From assembly GCA_033762115.1 (NCBI GenBank), contig JANRLX010000093.1:32001-96000 (forward strand): a stretch of DNA of 64,000 bases. The letters are read 5' to 3'. Positions 58,259-64,000 of the stretch are shown here, one piece after another. Every line of letters starts with the position of its first letter. Within the stretch, counting starts at the first letter, position 1. Position numbers and translations under genes: made by a program. The notes under the pieces are model-generated. The model was given only the letters and a program-made list of their open reading frames with translations, was not told the origin of the DNA and made no database searches. The DNA is from Verrucomicrobiota bacterium (lineage in GTDB: Bacteria; Verrucomicrobiota; Verrucomicrobiia; Limisphaerales; SXQI01).

Positions 58259-61042
58259 TTATGGCTGTGGCACCGCTCGATAAAATTTTAACGGTGCGGA
58301 GGATGATGATAGGGGGTCGATCCAGAGATAAGTATTTGAACTCAGCGTAATTACATCTTTTTCAGCCCAGGAGTTCAGATTGGATGATTCATAAATTTTG
58401 AATCGTTGTCCCGGTTGTCCGGTGATTTTCAGGTTAAATTTTCCGGCAAGAATCTGCCCGCTGCTGCTTCCAGTCGCCGGGTTGGAGGTTGCAGGATCAA
58501 AAAAGATCCCATTCACAATTGCATTGTAACCGCTCACTTTGGTGAAACGAAATTTCAAGGAACCTTTCAGGTTCCAGACCAGCCATTTTCCAGTTGAGAA
58601 GTTGGCCACTGTTTGAGTATCCAGAACGGCGCCGCTGCTGGCATCCAGAACTTCCACTGTCTGGACCCGGGAATTACTGCTCGTCGCGTCCCAATCCAGG
58701 AAATACATCGCTACCCGATGGGTTTCCCCGTCCAATAAATTGAGGTCCACTGTAAAACTCTGCCCGTACCATGCTGAAGCCAGCCGCCCGGAAGTGGTGC
58801 GTTCCAAGGCACGCAGTTCACTTGTTGAGTCAGACCATAGCCATGATTCGGAGCCCGTTTGGGAGAGGGAAACATAACCAGGAGTTCGAATGCCATCCCC
58901 ACTGATCTGATAGCCGTCACTGCCGTACACGCCTTTCCAGCTGCCTCTCGTGGTCATATCCGTGGTCACCAGTGAAACGACCGGAGTGACGGAATTTGCA
59001 AGGCTGGTCCGCGCGGTCGCTTCGCTGGAGAAACCCGATTCTCCATTGCTGTTATAGGCGCGAACCCGATAGCTGTACTGTGTCCCGGCGGAGAGTCCGC
59101 TGTCTGTGAAAGTAATGCTATTGGCGGAGAGCCGAGCTCGCTCAAAAAATTCTCCATTCCCGACCCGTCGATCCAGGACGAATCCGCTTTCGTTGTTGGC
59201 ATTGTCGGACCAACGAAGATCGATTTGAGAAATCGATTTGCTGATGGCCACGAGCGCAGAAGGAGCGACCGGGCCTTGAGGAGGTAATTGGACATTGTTT
59301 GGATAAAAAATTCCCTGACTTGGATTCAGATAACTTCCGCTTCCAGAACGCTCCAGTTTCACTGCGCGCACCATGTAAATGGTTCCGCTCGCGTGACCGG
59401 TATAATTGAAAAAGGTGCCCCCGAGGAGTGAACTTCCTGAAATGCGAGTGAAAGGTCCGCGAGAAGAGGTTCCTTTGTAAACTACATAACCTTGGATATC
59501 ACTGTCAGGCGATGCACCCCAGGTCAGGTTTACTGATCCGCCAGTGATCGTTCCGTTCAGATTTGCAGGCGGAGTGACCATGTGCATTCGCAATGTGGGG
59601 TCCCCCATCAGAGCGGCATGCACTTGACGTGTCCCCCAGTTTTGGGCGGCGTAAAGTCCCCCGTATCCATTGTTCTGGCTGAGCAACGTGCTGTAACCAA
59701 TCGTCTCGCCCAAAGCCATGTGATGGTAAAACCAATGCGGACGGCCTGCCCATGAAGTGGTGAGGGTATAGGTGGTTGAGCCAAGCGGGGCTCGAAGAAA
59801 GTTACTTTCATTGTCCCAATCACCGAAGTAACTGCCGAGAAACATGGTGAATACGGACTTGATGTCTCCCAGCGCAAAATCATCCGAACCACCCACTCCA
59901 TTACAGGTGTAGTAACTCCCGCCGCCTGTCCCGTATGACCAAAGATAACCCTGTGAATTCAGGGTGGTAAAAAACTGTCCGCCACCCACGGAAGCGACAT
60001 TATCAGCTCCGAACATTGGAGCAAAATTGCGCCAACCGCTCGCTGCAAATGCTTCCCCTTCCCGTTCCCCAAAGTTGTCGCAGACCAATCCGCGGCGAGG
60101 AAGATCAATCAGCCGATGACGAAAATTATGGTCCTTGTTCAGGTACTGACGGAGGAGGTCCTTCTCGCTACGCGCTGGCGATTTGTTTGCGTAGCAGGTC
60201 ATGTTAGAGAGGTCAACACGTCCCACGGCAAGTTCGACATTGCCTGGCAAATTGGACTGATCGAATTTTCCATCCCCAGGAACATTCCTGTTTGCCGGAC
60301 GGTGTGATCCGGAGTTGTTCACGGACGAATCGGTCCAATTTCCATCCATGTCACCGTAGTAAAGGTCAGCGGGCCATGCCCCATTATGATCCTCATGCCC
60401 ATCGGGATTGAAATTGCCCGAGTAGGGAACTGGCACGCGTCCGAAAAGAAAGACCGCTTTGACGTTCGCCGGATCGGCGTTGTAATCCGCTTTGATGATT
60501 TCCTTGATCGAAGGGACCGAAGCTGTGCGTGACACATCGTGGCGCAGAACAGTCCAGCCATCACCTGCAAGATCCTGCTCCAACCGGGTAAGCTCCATCG
60601 CCAGATCATTGGCGTAAAGATTTTCGACCAGGAGCACTACTTTCCCACGGTTCTCGATCAATGGTGCATTGATCCCCACGTAAGCGTAGCCAGTGCCGGG
60701 ATAATTCCAGCTTGTTGTTTTTGAAAGTGCGTATTCGTAGGTGTTGCGATCAGCAACATTGGAATCCGTATAAGTAGTGGCGCTTCCAGGAAGGGTGGCG
60801 ATTTGAGACCAGCTCGTCGCATTCTTTCCTTTACGCGAAACCGTGTAACCGGTCGCCCTCTCGTCGCTGGCCCAGGTCAAGGTCACACGAGCGGGGGAGG
60901 ATTGTACCGATGCGCTCACCATTACGGCGTAGTATTTCGGATCCACTTCAGCCCGAACTGCCACGGTTGCGAAAATTGCAGTGCAACAAGCCCATAGCGC
61001 CCACATTGTATTAATTTTCAGAAACTTCATTTTACCCGTCAT
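58259..61042 (-). CDS. secreted FN3-domain protein with gingipain(C25)-like core and C-terminal domain
   Basis: Signal peptide, FN3 repeats (YTDSNV...YEY; LRWSDN...YSYRVRAYN), FLFGRVPVP, AVGRVD, LMGDP and YESSNLNSW...FYRAV end. Confidence 0.8.
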   Translation of the reverse strand: MTGKMKFLKINTMWALWACCTAIFATVAVRAEVDPKYYAVMVSASVQSSPARVTLTWASDERATGYTVSRKGKNATSWSQIATLPGSATTYTDSNVADRNTYEYALSKTTSWNYPGTGYAYVGINAPLIENRGKVVLLVENLYANDLAMELTRLEQDLAGDGWTVLRHDVSRTASVPSIKEIIKADYNADPANVKAVFLFGRVPVPYSGNFNPDGHEDHNGAWPADLYYGDMDGNWTDSSVNNSGSHRPANRNVPGDGKFDQSNLPGNVELAVGRVDLSNMTCYANKSPARSEKDLLRQYLNKDHNFRHRLIDLPRRGLVCDNFGEREGEAFAASGWRNFAPMFGADNVASVGGGQFFTTLNSQGYLWSYGTGGGSYYTCNGVGGSDDFALGDIKSVFTMFLGSYFGDWDNESNFLRAPLGSTTYTLTTSWAGRPHWFYHHMALGETIGYSTLLSQNNGYGGLYAAQNWGTRQVHAALMGDPTLRMHMVTPPANLNGTITGGSVNLTWGASPDSDIQGYVVYKGTSSRGPFTRISGSSLLGGTFFNYTGHASGTIYMVRAVKLERSGSGSYLNPSQGIFYPNNVQLPPQGPVAPSALVAISKSISQIDLRWSDNANNESGFVLDRRVGNGEFFERARLSANSITFTDSGLSAGTQYSYRVRAYNSNGESGFSSEATARTSLANSVTPVVSLVTTDMTTRGSWKGVYGSDGYQISGDGIRTPGYVSLSQTGSESWLWSDSTSELRALERTTSGRLASAWYGQSFTVDLNLLDGETHRVAMYFLDWDATSSNSRVQTVEVLDASSGAVLDTQTVANFSTGKWLVWNLKGSLKFRFTKVSGYNAIVNGIFFDPATSNPATGSSSGQILAGKFNLKITGQPGQRFKIYESSNLNSWAEKDVITLSSNTYLWIDPLSSSSAPLKFYRAVPQP

Positions 61043-61223
61043 GGTTTTGGATGACGCAAAAGCGCCGCTTCAAATGTCCTAAGACTGTGATGCAGCAGAG
61101 CTGCTTTGAATGCGCCACTTCCTTGCAGTAGCTCCCTGGGCTTAGAGAGCAGAACCTGCGTGACGCGCCGAAAGTAGGAATGAAGAGAGCATCTCGTCAA
61201 CCTGCTTTTACGGCTTCAGCTTT

Positions 61224-61239
61224 AGCAGGGTGCATGCCA
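61224..61239 (-). promoter_or_regulatory. possible sigma54 -24/-12 promoter
   Basis: Minus strand TGGCATGCACCCTGCT has GG-N10-GC spacing, about 180 bp upstream of the FN3 gene. Confidence 0.55.
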
Positions 61240-61273
61240 TCGCGAAAACGATGCTGGTAAATGATGTGGGTTT

Positions 61274-61314
61274 GAAGAAACAGGAAAAATGGCTTGTTTG
61301 GGCCATTTTTCCTG
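61274..61314 (-). terminator. intrinsic terminator after the alpha-2-macroglobulin gene
   Basis: Perfect 13-bp inverted repeat CAGGAAAAATGGC/GCCATTTTTCCTG, followed by TTTCTTC on the minus strand. Confidence 0.65.
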
Positions 61315-61426
61315 AACTAGGAGGAATTACAAAAACTGAAATAATTCCCAAAAATGTTTTGAACAAAAGTTGTCCATCATTGAGACAATCTGCTGAATAC
61401 GCGCATTAAAATGAGCCCCTACAACC

Positions 61427-64000
61427 CTAAGGCTCCAGCACATTGACGCGCAACTCGCTTGAGTTGCTTCTGATTTCAGGAACATACATCGCTTGCCCAA
61501 GCAGGGGTAAAGCATGGAATTTTCCTGGTGTTTCTGCCCTCAACTCATAACGAATCTGCCAGACGCCCTGCGGCAGTTTGTCGATGAACATGGCCACTTT
61601 TCGGTCGCGTAATTCCTGGTAAACCCAGCGATTGCGTCCTGTATAATTTTCCTCTGCTTCACTCTGTTGTCGCGCACTGGATTTCAGTTCACGGCTGTAA
61701 AGCATTTCGCCGCTTCGAATCTGGACCGCTTCGAAACCAGCCGGTTTCAAATCCTCAAACATCAGATATTCATAGTCGTTCTTGGTTTCCACAGTGAGCA
61801 CCACCTCTACGCGATCCCCGCTTTTAACCGAACCAAGGTCAGTTAAAGGTTCGCGCTGGTAAATATACCCCTTGAGCAGCGTTGGCTTACCCACCAGTTT
61901 AAAATACTCCCGTTTCACGAACAGTTCATTCCCTGCGGGTGATATCGGTTCCTCGGTGCTGAAATATTCTGCTTCCACAGAATAATAGAGCGGGGAAATT
62001 CCGGATTTCCGCAGCAGCCGAATCTCATTTCGTTCTTTGATCAAGGCCGAAGGCACCTCGAATGTTCCAGGCGCGGTAAACAATTCTGCTCCCTTGATTT
62101 TCAGGGATGTGATCTCTTCTCCATTGACAATAAGTGAATACTCAACATCCACATCAAGCTCGCCGCTTACTTTCAGGTAATCTGTCAAAGCCATGATCGA
62201 GATTGCCGTGTCCCGTGTGTTGCTCCATTGCGCTCCACGACGGTTTTTAATCATCCAGTTTGTCACCTCTGTTACGAGAGGGTTCCTGGGATCAATCGTC
62301 AGCAATGCCTTTAATGCGAATGCAGTGGCTTCGATTGGGCCCTCTGACCAGCGCCACCAAAACCCGTCACTTCCCCAATGTGCCGTTTGGATCGCACCCT
62401 CTTGCGCCTGATTTCCGAGAAGCCGGGATTTGCCTGGATCATCTCGTTTCACGCCGTTCTCAAGGTTTCTCACCAAAGTTTCTGAACGGTCCCGCTGTTT
62501 CAAGTGGTGAGCAGCCAGGGCAAACAATGCCCTCGTATATGCGTTCAACTGGTCCCGCTTTTCCCACAAGTTATTGCTCGCGGTCACCACAAATGGCTGT
62601 TTCCGAATTTCTGTATCGCCTGCTGTTGCCACAGCAATGGCATGCAACATCCAGGCTTGAAGGTCCGGTCGCGATTCCTCCTCCACAATTTCTTCTGTCA
62701 GATAACGCAACGCCTGGGCGAGTCGGTTTTCTGGAATACTCACCCCTGCCTCTTTGCACAAGGCAAGCCCCCAGACCACATAAGCAGTCATGTAATGATC
62801 ACTCTCACCATCCTTCCACCAACCCCATCCACCGTCCCCATGCTGGAACTCTTCCAACCGTTTCAACCCTTTCTCGACCATTTCATCCAGCTGGCGGAGA
62901 TCCTTTTTTCCTTTCACATGAATCTTGTTTGTAGCGCCCGGCTCAATTCCCCCAAACGCTCTTCCCATCACTTCCTCCGGTTTGATTCCTGATTCTCGCA
63001 AGGTTTTGGCAACAATTACCGCGGGCAGAAACCGGCTCATCGTTTGCTCAGTGCAGCCGTAAGGAAAATCAATCAGGTAAGGCAAGGCATCCAGCATCGT
63101 AATCGCGATACTGGGGGTCACATGAATGCGCATGGAAGTGGTGCCGGGCTTGCGAGCATTCGGCAGCTCAAATGTCGTCCGCAACTCATTTGTCATCAAC
63201 TTGCCGGAAAGCGCGGTGAATTTTTCAATTCCATGCTCATGGATCGGGTACTCTCTTTCCATTGCATCAGAATATTTCTCTGAGCGGCCGATCATCTGGA
63301 TTTTCACTGATCCTGCCTTGGTCGGATTCACTGTCCAATCCACTCTCGCCTCTCCATGCGCGGGAACGGTTACCGGCTCCCGTCTTGATGGTTGTGGCAG
63401 GTTCATTCCTTGAATTTTAATCTCTGGCCGGACTGTAAATTCCTCATCGGTATTATTGTTGACCACGGCCGAAATCGTCACGCTGTCTCCTACCACAAAA
63501 AATCGCGGCGCCTGCAACCGCACAATCAAGGGTTTTTGTGTTATCGTGTTCGTTTGGGCAATACCGAACCGGTTCCCTTCAGCCACTACCCGCGCGGTCG
63601 CTTTCCACGTTGTCAGCGAGTCTGGATAAATCAGTGTGACATCAGCCCATCCGTTTGCATCTGTCCTGATTGCAGGTTCCCAAAAAATTGTTGAACGAAA
63701 ATCCGAACGCACCTGCACAGGATCTTCATTATTGCTTGCTCCCGGGGCGGCAGCACTGTCTGCAGCCAGGACATTCAGCATACTTTGTCCTGCCTCCTGT
63801 TTCGCCGCTGCAACATTAAGGACAGCACGAGACAATTTAAGTTCTGATTCCGGGTAGGCAGCATCTTTCAGTAAGCCGTAACGTGTATGCATCGACCGCT
63901 CCAGCCTTTCCTCTTGAAAATAATAAGCTTCTTTCAATTCATCTTCGACTCGCTCCTGGATTGCCTGAAAACGGCGATGGTTCAAGGTGCTGGAGGTCAT
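61427..64000 (-). CDS. bacterial alpha-2-macroglobulin, 3' part (start outside window)
   Basis: VRSDF...PDSLTTW, PRF, thioester PYGCTEQ, DGGWGWW, WSNTRDT and AMYVPE. Confidence 0.93.
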   Translation of the reverse strand: MTSSTLNHRRFQAIQERVEDELKEAYYFQEERLERSMHTRYGLLKDAAYPESELKLSRAVLNVAAAKQEAGQSMLNVLAADSAAAPGASNNEDPVQVRSDFRSTIFWEPAIRTDANGWADVTLIYPDSLTTWKATARVVAEGNRFGIAQTNTITQKPLIVRLQAPRFFVVGDSVTISAVVNNNTDEEFTVRPEIKIQGMNLPQPSRREPVTVPAHGEARVDWTVNPTKAGSVKIQMIGRSEKYSDAMEREYPIHEHGIEKFTALSGKLMTNELRTTFELPNARKPGTTSMRIHVTPSIAITMLDALPYLIDFPYGCTEQTMSRFLPAVIVAKTLRESGIKPEEVMGRAFGGIEPGATNKIHVKGKKDLRQLDEMVEKGLKRLEEFQHGDGGWGWWKDGESDHYMTAYVVWGLALCKEAGVSIPENRLAQALRYLTEEIVEEESRPDLQAWMLHAIAVATAGDTEIRKQPFVVTASNNLWEKRDQLNAYTRALFALAAHHLKQRDRSETLVRNLENGVKRDDPGKSRLLGNQAQEGAIQTAHWGSDGFWWRWSEGPIEATAFALKALLTIDPRNPLVTEVTNWMIKNRRGAQWSNTRDTAISIMALTDYLKVSGELDVDVEYSLIVNGEEITSLKIKGAELFTAPGTFEVPSALIKERNEIRLLRKSGISPLYYSVEAEYFSTEEPISPAGNELFVKREYFKLVGKPTLLKGYIYQREPLTDLGSVKSGDRVEVVLTVETKNDYEYLMFEDLKPAGFEAVQIRSGEMLYSRELKSSARQQSEAEENYTGRNRWVYQELRDRKVAMFIDKLPQGVWQIRYELRAETPGKFHALPLLGQAMYVPEIRSNSSELRVNVLEP

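Overview
A 64-kb stretch of ordinary, gene-dense bacterial chromosome. It is most likely from a Verrucomicrobiota (PVC) organism, inferred from the DUF1559/H-X9-DG prepilin, TIGR03790, a sulfatase and secreted proteins ending in a '...S-x-[DN]-L-x-x-W...FYR' domain. It carries about 45 CDSs: housekeeping genes (priA, recN, cysS, PPi-type pfk, folE, thiH, bioF-like, msrB, Fpg/Nei, RluA, LptF/G, MscS), a partial type II secretion/type IV pilus-like operon (GspE, GspL/PilMN-like, GspM/PilO-like, GspD secretin), an olsBA-like lipid operon, a GH2 hydrolase and the 3' part of an alpha-2-macroglobulin. There is one tRNA-Tyr(GTA). I saw no integrase, transposase, prophage, CRISPR array or rRNA. The most interesting signals are: (1) a translationally coupled pair of an active and a catalytically dead Deg/HtrA protease beside a stand-alone DUF3506-like domain; (2) two exported gingipain-fold-like proteins with Ser at the nucleophile position, plus a shared C-terminal domain on unrelated secreted proteins, hinting at a lineage-specific sorting system; (3) strong Thr-Asn enrichment in exported segments; (4) a candidate structured RNA with a terminator upstream of a BON lipoprotein; (5) a DR2241 Fe-S/PaaK-like operon; (6) a sulfatase lacking its formylglycine precursor; (7) a Pho-box-like array before olsBA. 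All family calls are by-eye motif recognition with no database search. Many start codons were adjusted from the ORF track and remain tentative.
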